Source: an uncultured Bacteroidales bacterium (lineage in GTDB: Bacteria > Bacteroidota > Bacteroidia > Bacteroidales > GWA2-32-17). From it: a stretch of 64,000 nucleotides of DNA. Both the position numbers and the translations under genes were made by a program. Under the pieces are notes generated by a model. The model made no database searches. It was not told the origin of the DNA and saw only the letters and a program-made list of their open reading frames with translations. The stretch lies in the NCBI GenBank assembly GCA_964431135.1, contig CAYSIN010000002.1:1811-65810 (forward strand), read 5' to 3'. This document shows positions 26,005 through 35,466 of this stretch, in pieces (position 1 is the stretch's first letter; the number at the start of each line of letters is the position of its first letter).

Positions 26005-27720
26005 ATGAAAACGTTAAAAAATATTTTACTTTGTTTTGTCCTATTTACAATGTTACTTTCAAATGCAAAATCACAAAATTTAGAATGGGCAAAGGGAATG
26101 GGTAGTACTAATAATGATGGTGGTAATTCCATTGCGGTTGACGCACATGGTAATGTTTACACTTCTGGTTATTTCAATGGAACAGTTGACTTTGACCCAG
26201 GTTTAGGAATTTTTAATTTAACTTCTATGGGTCTTGATGATATATTTATTTCCAAATTTGATGCTTATGGAAATTTTGTCTGGGCAAAATCAATAGGCGG
26301 AACAAATAACGATTGGGGCAACTCTATTGCATTGGACAATTCAGGTAATGTATATTGTACAGGATATTATTGTGGAACAGCAGACTTTGACCCAGGAGTA
26401 GGAACTTATAATTTAACTGCTACCGGTTTAAAGGACATTTTTATCCTAAAATTAGATTCTTCTGGAAATTTTGTCTGGGCAAAATCAATAGGAAATACAG
26501 GTGACGATATTGGCAACTTATTAGTTCTTGATACTTCTGCAAATGTATATATAACGGGATATTTCCAAGGTATAGTTGATTTTAATCCAGAAATAGGTGC
26601 CTTTAATTTAACAGCAGACAGTACAGATATTTTCATTTTAAAATTAGATGTTTTAGGAAATTTTGTTTATGCAAAATCCATGGGAGGAAATGGGGAGGAT
26701 ATTGGTTGTTCTATAGCGCTTGATAGTGATGGCAATGTATATACCACTGGCTCTTTTCAAGGAACTTCAGACTTCGACCCAGGAGCAGGAATTTTTAATA
26801 TGACTGTAAGTCCTGATGTATCTGGAGTATACGGTAATGTTGATATTTTTATTTCTAAATTAAATAATTTAGGAAACTTTGTCTGGGCAAAATCTATGGG
26901 AGGAGATTATTATGATTATGGCTATTCTATTGCCTTAGATGCATCCAGTAATGTGTACACTACCGGAGGATTTAGCACTCCATCAATAGACTTTGACCCT
27001 GGAGTAGGAACATTTTATTTAACCTCAAATGGTAGTTATGATATTTTTATTTCTAAATTAGATTCTTCAGGAAACTTTATTTGGGCAAAATCTATAGGTG
27101 GAAATGGAGAAGATTTTGGATACTCTTTAAAAACGGATGCTTATGGGAATGTATACACAGTTGGCGATTTTACAGATACTGTTGATTTTGATCCGGGCGT
27201 AGGATTATATAATTTATCTAATGGAGGAAATCGTGATTTTTATATTTTAAAATTAAATTCATCTGGAGATTTCGTATTTGCAATAGCATCAGGTGCGTTT
27301 TGGTATGATGAGTGTATGTCTATCATTCTTGATGATTTTGGCAATATTTATTATACCGGATATTTTGGGATGACATTCGATTTTGACCCCGGAACAGGAA
27401 CGTTTAATTTAACTTCGGCAGGAGGTAGTGACGTTTTTGTATGTAAATTAAACCAAACAACTGGACTCAATGAAAACGAATTTATAAACACAATTAAAGT
27501 TTTCCCAAACCCTTCAAATGGAAAAGTTACCATTACTGAATCAGACAATTCTAAATTAATTGAAGTATTTAATCTACTGGGAGAGAAAATTTACTCCACT
27601 ATTACTAACAATAATCAAACAACAACTGAAATTGACCTCACAAACGTTCCCAAAGGAATTTACTTCGTAAAAGTTGACAATGGAAAGCAAGTGCATATTG
27701 AAAAAATTGTTCTAAATTGA
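26005..27720 (+). CDS. Secreted SBBP-repeat (beta-propeller) protein with T9SS type-A C-terminal sorting domain
   Basis: Signal peptide MKTLKNILLCFVLFTMLLSNAKSQ. About 10 repeats of G..D.G.SIA.D..GNVY.TG.F.GT.DFDPG...N......DIFI.KLD..GNF.WAKS.GG. C-terminal VFPNPSNGKVTI...GIYFVKV. The start was moved from the track value of 25933. Confidence 0.8.
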   Translation: MKTLKNILLCFVLFTMLLSNAKSQNLEWAKGMGSTNNDGGNSIAVDAHGNVYTSGYFNGTVDFDPGLGIFNLTSMGLDDIFISKFDAYGNFVWAKSIGGTNNDWGNSIALDNSGNVYCTGYYCGTADFDPGVGTYNLTATGLKDIFILKLDSSGNFVWAKSIGNTGDDIGNLLVLDTSANVYITGYFQGIVDFNPEIGAFNLTADSTDIFILKLDVLGNFVYAKSMGGNGEDIGCSIALDSDGNVYTTGSFQGTSDFDPGAGIFNMTVSPDVSGVYGNVDIFISKLNNLGNFVWAKSMGGDYYDYGYSIALDASSNVYTTGGFSTPSIDFDPGVGTFYLTSNGSYDIFISKLDSSGNFIWAKSIGGNGEDFGYSLKTDAYGNVYTVGDFTDTVDFDPGVGLYNLSNGGNRDFYILKLNSSGDFVFAIASGAFWYDECMSIILDDFGNIYYTGYFGMTFDFDPGTGTFNLTSAGGSDVFVCKLNQTTGLNENEFINTIKVFPNPSNGKVTITESDNSKLIEVFNLLGEKIYSTITNNNQTTTEIDLTNVPKGIYFVKVDNGKQVHIEKIVLN

Positions 27721-27732
27721 CAATGACAATAA

Positions 27733-27869
27733 TTACGGTGGGTAAACCGTTCAAAATTTAGATGGCAGGGAACATGATGACACTATGTGCAAATAATATA
27801 ATTCGCAGGGGTTTGACAGGATGCTGCATGAAACAATGCCAGCCAAATTCTGTATGCAACCGTTAGCAA
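27733..27869 (+). repeat. 137-nt imperfect hairpin element H-B ending in GTTAGCAA
   Basis: Starts 12 nt after the stop codon. Stems are TTACGGT(27733-39)/ACCGTTA(27859-65, 1 mismatch), AATTT(27755-59)/AAATT(27845-49) and TGGCA(27763-67)/TGCCA(27837-41), the last two separated by a 3x3 bubble. Confidence 0.55.
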
Positions 27870-27879
27870 GTCGGTATTA
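27861..27879 (+). repeat. 19-bp repeat CGTTAGCAAGTCGGTATTA (copy 1)
   Basis: Exact direct copy at 29128-29146. An 18-nt inverted copy (TAATACCGACTTGCTAAC) lies at 5074-5091. Confidence 0.9.
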
Positions 27880-28098
27880 GATGGCATTGAGAAGGGAATT
27901 AATGACAATGCCCGAAAACGAGCAATAGTAATGAATGGTGCAGATTATGTAAGTCAAGAATTTATCGAAAAATATGGAAGACTTGGGAGAAGTTGGGGAT
28001 GCCCAGCATTACCTTTAGATTTAGCAAAAGTGAACATTGATAGTATTGCAAATGGGAGTTGCATATTTGTTTATGGAGAAAACAATTTTGCGAATTAA
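27877..28098 (+). pseudogene. 3' fragment of an L,D-transpeptidase catalytic-domain (YkuD_2-like) gene
   Basis: Hand translation: LDGIEKGINDNARKRAIVMNGADYVSQEFIEKYGRLGRSWGCPALPLDLAKVNIDSIANGSCIFVYGENNFAN*. There is no N-terminal part or start codon. The similarity begins exactly at the 19-bp repeat. Confidence 0.5.
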
Positions 28099-28136
28099 AA
28101 AAAGTTGTATTTTTGCATTTGATTAAAGTTTTTAAT

Positions 28137-29000
28137 ATGATAGAATTTAAAGAGAAATATATTAATCCATTTACCGACTATGGCTTTAAGAGACTTTTTG
28201 GAGAAGAGCCAAACAAGGATTTACTATTGGACTTTTTGAATGAACTTCTAAAAGAAAAAGAAGGGATTATTAAAGATCTGTCATATCTACCTAACGAAAA
28301 ACTGCCAATATCGGTTGGAGACAGGCGAGCAATTTTTGACATTTATTGTACCAATGAAAAAGGCGAGCAGTTTATTGTGGAAATGCAAAAAGCCGAGCAG
28401 AAATTTTTTAAAGACAGAACAATTTATTATTCCACCTTTCCAATTCAGGAACAGGCAAGAAACAAAGACAGGTTTTGGGATTTTGAATTAAAAGCTGTTT
28501 ATACCATAGGCATTTTAGACTTCGTGTTTGAAGAAAGTGAACCGGATAAATATCGACACGATGTTAAATTGACTGAACTAGAAACTCATAAGGTATTTTA
28601 CGATAAATTAAATTATATTTATCTTGAAATGCCGAAGTTTGAGAAAACTGAAAAAGAATTAGAGTCACATTTTGACAAGTGGATGTACGTTCTGAAAAAT
28701 CTCCCAAAACTTGATAGAGTTCCATATAAGTTAAAAGAAAAAATCTTCTTAAAACTATTTGAAACCGCAGAAATTGCAAAATTAAATTCAGACGAATATA
28801 AACAGTATGAAGCAAGTGTGAATGCTTATCGGGATATATTCAATATACAGAACACAGCTTTTGAAAAAGGAGAAATAGAAGGACTTAAAAAAGGAAAGAT
28901 TGAAATTGCAAAGGAAATGATAAAGGATAACGAACCTGTTGAGAAAATAATGAAATACACAGGATTAACTGAAAATGAAATTAACGAATTAAAACAATAA
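28137..29000 (+). CDS. Rpn-family / PD-(D/E)XK nuclease family 'transposase' (intact, 287 aa)
   Basis: N-terminal YINPFTDYGFKRLFGEE, FDIYC...GEQFIVEMQ nuclease core, C-terminal E-G-x-x-K-G repeat tail. The start was moved from 28059 to the ATG at 28137. A TATTTTTG box lies at 28108-28115. Confidence 0.8.
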   Translation: MIEFKEKYINPFTDYGFKRLFGEEPNKDLLLDFLNELLKEKEGIIKDLSYLPNEKLPISVGDRRAIFDIYCTNEKGEQFIVEMQKAEQKFFKDRTIYYSTFPIQEQARNKDRFWDFELKAVYTIGILDFVFEESEPDKYRHDVKLTELETHKVFYDKLNYIYLEMPKFEKTEKELESHFDKWMYVLKNLPKLDRVPYKLKEKIFLKLFETAEIAKLNSDEYKQYEASVNAYRDIFNIQNTAFEKGEIEGLKKGKIEIAKEMIKDNEPVEKIMKYTGLTENEINELKQ

Positions 29001-29004
29001 CAAA

Positions 29005-29136
29005 TGGTAACAAAGGCTAAAATCAAGCGGGCAAAAAGTGCTAATATGAAGGGTATTGCAACTAATAAACTTCATCGTAAATTGACAGTTTTGTGCTTCG
29101 AAATGCCCGCCATCTTTTAGCCTCGTTCGTTAGCAA
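29005..29136 (+). repeat. 132-nt imperfect hairpin element H-C ending in GTTAGCAA
   Basis: Starts 4 nt after the stop codon. Stems are GGCTAAAA(29015-22)/TTTTAGCC(29115-22) and GCGGGCA(29027-33)/TGCCCGC(29104-10) with a 4x4 bubble. The outer pair TGGTAAC(29005-11)/GTTAGCA(29129-35) is 6/7 complementary. Spacers are 3 nt against 6 nt. Confidence 0.6.
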
Positions 29137-29146
29137 GTCGGTATTA
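29128..29146 (+). repeat. 19-bp repeat CGTTAGCAAGTCGGTATTA (copy 2)
   Basis: Identical to 27861-27879. Confidence 0.9.
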
Positions 29147-29287
29147 AACGAAGTTAGTTTTTTTTGGCGAGGCGAATAATATCAAATTTTTTTTATGGAG
29201 TGACTTAATAATGCAGGATGAATTTCTGTTTATTTTTTTTGGAAAATTTTTGCAAAATATTTACTTTTGAAACAAATTCATGCAGGC

Positions 29288-30111
29288 ATGACCTTCAACG
29301 AAAAATACGTTAATCCGTTTACCGATTACGGTTTCAAACGTTTGTTTAGCGAAGAACCAAGTAAGGAACTGTTGCTCGATTTTTTGAACGAACTGCTGAA
29401 AAATGAACAAGCCAGAATAAAAAGCATCCATTATATCAGGTCTGACAAACTGGGTTCTACCGAATTAGATAGAAAGGCAATATTTGACCTGTATTGTGAA
29501 AACGAACGGGGCGAAAAATTTATAGTAGAACTGCAAAAGACCAAACAAAAGTTTTTTAAAGACCGAACGCTGTATTATGCTACCTTTCCCATTTGTGAAC
29601 AAGCGATTGTTGGTGAATGGGACTTTGAACTGAAAGACATTTACACCATTGCCATTCTTGATTTTGTTTTTAATGAAGACAAAAAACAGGTAAACAAGTA
29701 TCGCTACGATATAAAATTGACCTACATTAAAACACAAAAAATATTTTACGACAAGTTAATGTTCATTCATCTCGGAATGCCGATGTTGCAAAATTCACTC
29801 CCGACTAGTTGAACGAATATAAAAACAGTATGAAATATTATCGTGATATAAAAAACTCCATTGATATAGCAAGAGACGAAGGAATGGAAAAAGGAATACA
29901 GGAAAGACGCAAGGAAGGGTTAAAGGAAGGACATGAAAAAGGATTGAAAGAAGGTCATGAAAAGGGCATAAAAAAAGGACGTGAAGATGAAAAAATTCAA
30001 CCTGTGATGAACGGTTTGAATAAGGGACAGCATATTGAAACGATTGCTGAATGTACGGATTTGTCCATAACAAAAAGTAAAGAAATTAGTAAAAAGTTGA
30101 AAAAAGAATAA
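29288..30111 (+). pseudogene. Degraded second Rpn-family PD-(D/E)XK gene (internal deletion plus frame break)
   Basis: The N-terminal part (to 29812) parallels the intact copy up to F.HL.MP. About 45 aa of the middle region is then missing and the C-terminal E-G-x-K-G repeat tail continues in another frame (29809-30111). Confidence 0.7.
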
Positions 30112-30162
30112 TTATATTTGTTCGTTGAGTAAAAATATTTGATGAAGTTATTGTAGAATTTT

Positions 30163-31338
30163 ATGATGAAATATTTGGTAATTATCAGTGCATTATTTAT
30201 TTCGCTGAATGCAGGGGCACAGGGAATAAATTTTTTTGAAGGAAGTATGGACGCATTAAAAGCCGAAGCAGCCAAAAATAATAAAATCATTTTTATTGAT
30301 TGCTATACATCTTGGTGTGGACCTTGCAAATGGTTGGCAAAAAACGTCTTTACCAATACTCAGGTAGGTAAATATTACAACAGTCACTTTATAAATTATA
30401 GTCTTGATATGGAAAAAGGTGAAGGCAAAAATATTCAAAAACAATATAATATTCTTGCATATCCTACCTTGCTTTTTATTGATGCCAAGGGTGAAATGCA
30501 ACATCGCTATGTAGGAGCATGCGATACATCTACGTTCATTGCTGTGGGAAAGCAAGCATTAGACACAACCAATAATTTTGGAAGTTTATTAAAAAGATAT
30601 CATCGTGGAGAACGAAATCCTGACTTCTTAGCCAAATATGCCCTTAACTGTATTTCTGTATATTATCCTTACGATATACAGGAATACTTTGCTACACAAG
30701 CAGACAGCCAATTAATTTCACCTGTTAATTTTGAAATAATGAAACGTTACCGTATCAATGTAACGTCAAGAGAATATCAATATGTAATATCTCATATTGA
30801 TACATTTATTAAAAAATATAATTTTATGAATCTATATGAATTTGTTACTTCAACAATGACGCGTACACTTTATTCTCAAAGCAGTGCCAAAGATTTTAAT
30901 TTAGAAAAACAAATAGATACCTATTTACAGCCTGTTCAATCGAAAGAAAAAGAATTTTGGAAAAATGCCTTTATTATGGATTATTATTCTTTTTATAAAA
31001 TACGAAAGGAGCAAGCATTTTTGGAACAGGCATCCATATTGCTTAACCTTGCCAAAGAACAATTTCATCCCTATTTGGAATATGTAATAACCATTGTTAC
31101 CAACTTTGCCAGTGAAATAAGCGATACTCTTTTACTTAAAAAATTTGTTGATATAATAAATCCCTATACTATTTTACTGTCGGCTGAAAGTCAATTAAAA
31201 ATGGCAAATATTTATATTAATTTGCAAAATAAAACGGCAGCCGAAGAGATGCTGAATAAAGCCAAAATACATATTAAAAATGAAGATATGCAAAAAGAGT
31301 ATGATAAACTCGTTTCAACATGCAAATTACTAAAGTAA
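30163..31338 (+). CDS. Secreted thioredoxin-fold protein (WCGPC active site) with helical C-terminal domain
   Basis: 391 aa. Signal peptide, FIDCYTSWCGPCKWLAK. Confidence 0.7.
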   Translation: MMKYLVIISALFISLNAGAQGINFFEGSMDALKAEAAKNNKIIFIDCYTSWCGPCKWLAKNVFTNTQVGKYYNSHFINYSLDMEKGEGKNIQKQYNILAYPTLLFIDAKGEMQHRYVGACDTSTFIAVGKQALDTTNNFGSLLKRYHRGERNPDFLAKYALNCISVYYPYDIQEYFATQADSQLISPVNFEIMKRYRINVTSREYQYVISHIDTFIKKYNFMNLYEFVTSTMTRTLYSQSSAKDFNLEKQIDTYLQPVQSKEKEFWKNAFIMDYYSFYKIRKEQAFLEQASILLNLAKEQFHPYLEYVITIVTNFASEISDTLLLKKFVDIINPYTILLSAESQLKMANIYINLQNKTAAEEMLNKAKIHIKNEDMQKEYDKLVSTCKLLK

Positions 31339-32793
31339 TGGACTGAATACTCGTGCAATACCCTGAGCCAAATGATTTATAAATGGCTTTGCCAAATAAT
31401 CTTCCATTTTAACCTTAACACATGATTCCAAATCGTTAAGAAAAATTTGCTTTAATTGCAAGGCTATCGTAGAATCATACACCAAAGCATTTATTTCGAA
31501 GTTTTGGTCAAAACTGCGAAGGTCCATATTGGCAGTACCTACAGACGATACAATATCATCCACAATAAGCATTTTACTATGTGTAAATCCTTTTTGATAA
31601 CTGTAAATAGAAACATTGGCTTCTAAAAGTTCAGGTATATATGAAAGCGAACCATAATATGTTAATTTTGAATCGGACCTGCTTGGTAAAATAATTCTGA
31701 CATCAACACCACTCATAGAAACCGTTTTTATAGCGGTCAAAATACTTTCGTTGGGAATAAAATATGGTGTAGAAATATAAATATATTTTTTGGCAGTACT
31801 GATAAGGTAAAAATATGCCTGCATAATGCTACTCCAGTCAGAATCGGGACCACTGGATACCATTTGAATCATGCAACGATTTTTAACTTTGTAATTGGGA
31901 AAATATTTGTTGTCAGATATTAGATTGTTGGTAGCAAAATGCCAATCAGTTAAAAAAATCAATTGTAGTGAACTAACAGCGGTACCTGTAATTTGAAGAT
32001 GTGTATCGCGCCAAACGCCGATGTCGGGTTTGCCATATAAATAGCGGTCGGCAATATTCAAGCCACCGATGAATCCTGTTTTGCCGTCCACAACTACTAT
32101 TTTACGATGGTTGCGGTAATTTAAACGCTGCGCAAGACGTGGAAACCGTATAGGCATAAAAGCAACTATTTCTATACCGGCTTTTTTCAGCGATGAAATA
32201 TATTTTTTACTTAACCCCCATGAACCCACACCATCATATAAAATTCTTACTTCAACACCTTCTTTAACTTTCTGTATTAAAATTTCTCTTAACTCATTTC
32301 CAACCTTTCCTTCTTCAATGATATAAAATTCGATATGAATATGATGTTTGGCATTTTTCATTGCTTCAAACATGGCTGGAAATGTTTTATCCCCATCAAG
32401 CAAAATATCAACATTGTTGTACATGGTAAGTATCGCTTTGCTGTTGTTGAAAAGCAACTGTACAGCACCTATTTTACTGTAAAGAGATTCGTCTTTTTGA
32501 AAAACTGTATGATACAAGTGTTTTGACTGCCACGATACATACTTTTCTATATGCCTGAAATCGGAAAGTTCTTTTCGAAAAAATATTTTTCTACGGCGGT
32601 AAGTCCTGCCAAAAAAGAAAAAAAGAATAATACCAGCAATAGGAATTAAAACGATAACCGCAATCCATGCAATAGTTTTAACTGGGTCTCGCCGCTGATA
32701 AACTAAAACAATGGCGATAACAATAATTAAAACGATGATAAGTATTTTCCAACTGGACAATAATATAGGCCAAACATTATTCATTGCTTGCAT
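31330..32793 (-). CDS. cls: Cardiolipin synthase
   Basis: 487 aa. Two N-terminal TM helices and two HKD motifs (HRKIVVVDG, HSKMLIVDD). Confidence 0.85.
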   Translation of the reverse strand: MQAMNNVWPILLSSWKILIIVLIIVIAIVLVYQRRDPVKTIAWIAVIVLIPIAGIILFFFFGRTYRRRKIFFRKELSDFRHIEKYVSWQSKHLYHTVFQKDESLYSKIGAVQLLFNNSKAILTMYNNVDILLDGDKTFPAMFEAMKNAKHHIHIEFYIIEEGKVGNELREILIQKVKEGVEVRILYDGVGSWGLSKKYISSLKKAGIEIVAFMPIRFPRLAQRLNYRNHRKIVVVDGKTGFIGGLNIADRYLYGKPDIGVWRDTHLQITGTAVSSLQLIFLTDWHFATNNLISDNKYFPNYKVKNRCMIQMVSSGPDSDWSSIMQAYFYLISTAKKYIYISTPYFIPNESILTAIKTVSMSGVDVRIILPSRSDSKLTYYGSLSYIPELLEANVSIYSYQKGFTHSKMLIVDDIVSSVGTANMDLRSFDQNFEINALVYDSTIALQLKQIFLNDLESCVKVKMEDYLAKPFINHLAQGIARVFSPLL

Positions 32794-34045
32794 TTAAGGT
32801 TACACAAACCATTTCAGGAGTCATACCCAATCTTCCTAAAAATCCAATAGTACCCACTCCTCTGCTAACATATAGAAAATTATTTTTTTCAGCATAAAGT
32901 CCCCACCAATGCTTATATCTTAATGCTGCCGGGCTCCATTTGCATTTTCCAGCATGAAACCCCATTTGAAAAGCATGTGTATGTCCTGAAAATGTTAATG
33001 AATAGTGTAATTTTTTCTTTATTTGTTCTTCCCAGTGCGAAGGGTCATGACTTAATATAACAGCAAAACAATTGCTATCGATTCCCTGAATAGATTTGTG
33101 CAAATCACCGTATTGTTTAAAAGGTTTTAATCCCCAATTGTCAACCCCTACAACGACTAACGAATCATTTCCTTTGTGTACATATACATGTTCATTCCTA
33201 AGCACTTTAAAACCCATATTGTTTAACTGTGAAATTATATCGGACAGATTTTGTTGCTTGTCTTTGGGCGATTTCCAAACAGAATAATCGCCAAAATCGT
33301 GATTGCCCAGAACAGCAAATTTACCTAATGACGCATGCATGCGGTTTAGCACTGTATCAAGATGGTCTATTTCATCCGCATACTGATTAACAATATCCCC
33401 AGTAAAAACAATGATATCGGGTTTTAAGGCATTGCAAGAATCGACTAACTTTTGAAGAAATACGGGATTCCCACCATAACTGCCAATATGTAAATCGGAG
33501 AATTGAATTATTTTAATCTTAGAAAAAACAGCAGGTAATTTTTTTACGGGGATATCATATTGATTAACCGTTAGCATGTATCTTCCCCAGAATACACTCC
33601 ATACAAACAAGACTAACATAATCAACGATACAAGCACTGGTGTCCATCGCCATCGTGATAACGACAATGAATGCTTTTGAAATAAGAATATACACTTCAA
33701 TATCAACCAAACAATAATAAAAAATACTTTCGGAATAAAAAGGATAAAATAAAAAGTAAACACATAAAACATATAGGAGTATGAAAGATAATGGGGAATA
33801 GGGGCAATAAATATTTGAATACAGACCATAGAAAGAACGGACAACCACAAAGGGATGGATGTCAGTAAACATAATTTATAAAATTTTGTCTTTTGAAGTG
33901 AAGCAAAGGTATGTTTAAGCGTCCATGCAAAAAGAAATTCAATTACCAGAAACAGCCCTAATAAAATAAACATCATACATTCAAATTTGGAGATTAAACA
34001 TAAGGTTATTACTTTTGCACAAAAGTATAAAATTATGGCAAGCAT
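32777..34045 (-). CDS. Membrane-anchored metallophosphoesterase
   Basis: N-terminal TM region followed by the SDLHIG, GDIVN, GNHD and GHTH motifs. The true start may be internal (M24 at 33976). Confidence 0.75.
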   Translation of the reverse strand: MLAIILYFCAKVITLCLISKFECMMFILLGLFLVIEFLFAWTLKHTFASLQKTKFYKLCLLTSIPLWLSVLSMVCIQIFIAPIPHYLSYSYMFYVFTFYFILFIPKVFFIIVWLILKCIFLFQKHSLSLSRWRWTPVLVSLIMLVLFVWSVFWGRYMLTVNQYDIPVKKLPAVFSKIKIIQFSDLHIGSYGGNPVFLQKLVDSCNALKPDIIVFTGDIVNQYADEIDHLDTVLNRMHASLGKFAVLGNHDFGDYSVWKSPKDKQQNLSDIISQLNNMGFKVLRNEHVYVHKGNDSLVVVGVDNWGLKPFKQYGDLHKSIQGIDSNCFAVILSHDPSHWEEQIKKKLHYSLTFSGHTHAFQMGFHAGKCKWSPAALRYKHWWGLYAEKNNFLYVSRGVGTIGFLGRLGMTPEMVCVTLNASNE

Positions 34046-34331
34046 TCGTAATTTAAAAAAAGATATTGATTATTTAACCAGCGATATCATCAGCGATTCA
34101 TTTTTAGCCATTGGGCTTCATGGTGAAAAAGTTCAGGACAGGGTAAACAATGTATTGGAAAAAATTGTTGACTTGCACAACAATCTTTACGAACGTATAA
34201 ATCAATCTCCCACAGGGAAAAAATCAAAAGAGAAAAAAACGTATTTCAACTCCATACGCAACGATATTGATAAAAAATACAGAGATTTGTATGAAGAACT
34301 GAGTAAGATAATCACGGAAGGCGAAAAATAA
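34035..34331 (+). CDS. Hypothetical small helical protein (98 aa from the ATG)
   Basis: The ORF track gives a TTG start at 33987. The ATG at 34035 avoids most of the overlap with the divergent gene. No recognisable motif. Confidence 0.4.
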   Translation: MASIRNLKKDIDYLTSDIISDSFLAIGLHGEKVQDRVNNVLEKIVDLHNNLYERINQSPTGKKSKEKKTYFNSIRNDIDKKYRDLYEELSKIITEGEK

Positions 34332-34374
34332 TACTCCGCGCTTATTTTTATATATACAACTCCTTTTCACTAAA

Positions 34375-35460
34375 TTATTCAAAGGGGTTTGTAACACGAT
34401 AGGTGTGTGACAGTTTAATTAAATCCTGTTGAACTTCTTTTTTTATGCTTATTCCGTTCTTTGTATGCTCTATTGTTTTCTCAAACTCAGGTTCACCGGG
34501 AATAATTACTTTTTCGTGTTCCTTATCGGGTGTAGCCTTTTTAAAGGCAGTAATCCATTCGTCCATACTTTTAAGAAAATCGTTAGCAGGACGAAAAGCA
34601 TCTATTCGAAAAGCAGCAAAAAAATGACCAAGTCCTTTTCCCACTTGTTGTTTTGGCATAGGGAGGTAGCCTACCTGTGGTGGAACAAAAGGTCCAAAAT
34701 TTGCACCACCCAATACGGATGAAAAAATATCAACGATAGCCGACATACAGTAGCCCTTATGGCTTCCGTGTTCATAATCGCCACCCAACGTAACAATAGC
34801 GCCACCTTCTTTCAATATATCAGGACGATGAGAAGGGTTCCCGTTTTTATCCTGAACAAAACCGTAATCAATGCTTTTGTTTTCTTTTTCAAGCAATGCC
34901 AATTTACCTCGTGCAATGGGGCTGGTAGCAAAATCGGCAACAAACGGAGGATACGATTTGGCAGGAATAGCCACAGCAAGTGGGTTGGTACCTAACATTC
35001 GCGACAGACTCCACGTAGGTGCAACTAATGGGTTGGCATTGGTACCCGAAATGCCAATCATTTTCTTTTGAGCAGCCATGAGCGAATAAAATCCTGCTAT
35101 TCCATAATGATTAGAATTGATAACGGTTGTCCATGCAGTTCCAGTAGTTGTCGCCTTTCGCATTACCATGTTCATGGCTTTTTTACCAGCAATCATACCA
35201 AAACCATTATCCGCATCCATAGTAAATGTGGAGGGTGTTTCATGAACAATATGAACCTGCGGTTGAAGATTTATTCTTCCTGCTTCCCAAAGGCTGATAT
35301 AATCACTTACACGCACCAAGCCATGCGATGGAATCCCTCTAAGTTCAGCAGCCATTAAAACCTCAGCCACCGTGGCTGCATCCTTTTTTCTACAACCAAT
35401 AGCAGAAAACAAATTTACGGTAAAAGCATATAATTCCTGATAACTATATTTTTTTTTCAT
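34375..35460 (-). CDS. Ldh_2 family (malate/L-lactate/ureidoglycolate-type) dehydrogenase
   Basis: 361 aa. AELRGIPSHG and NHYGIAG motifs. Confidence 0.7.
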   Translation of the reverse strand: MKKKYSYQELYAFTVNLFSAIGCRKKDAATVAEVLMAAELRGIPSHGLVRVSDYISLWEAGRINLQPQVHIVHETPSTFTMDADNGFGMIAGKKAMNMVMRKATTTGTAWTTVINSNHYGIAGFYSLMAAQKKMIGISGTNANPLVAPTWSLSRMLGTNPLAVAIPAKSYPPFVADFATSPIARGKLALLEKENKSIDYGFVQDKNGNPSHRPDILKEGGAIVTLGGDYEHGSHKGYCMSAIVDIFSSVLGGANFGPFVPPQVGYLPMPKQQVGKGLGHFFAAFRIDAFRPANDFLKSMDEWITAFKKATPDKEHEKVIIPGEPEFEKTIEHTKNGISIKKEVQQDLIKLSHTYRVTNPFE

Positions 35461-35466
35461 GTTGTA

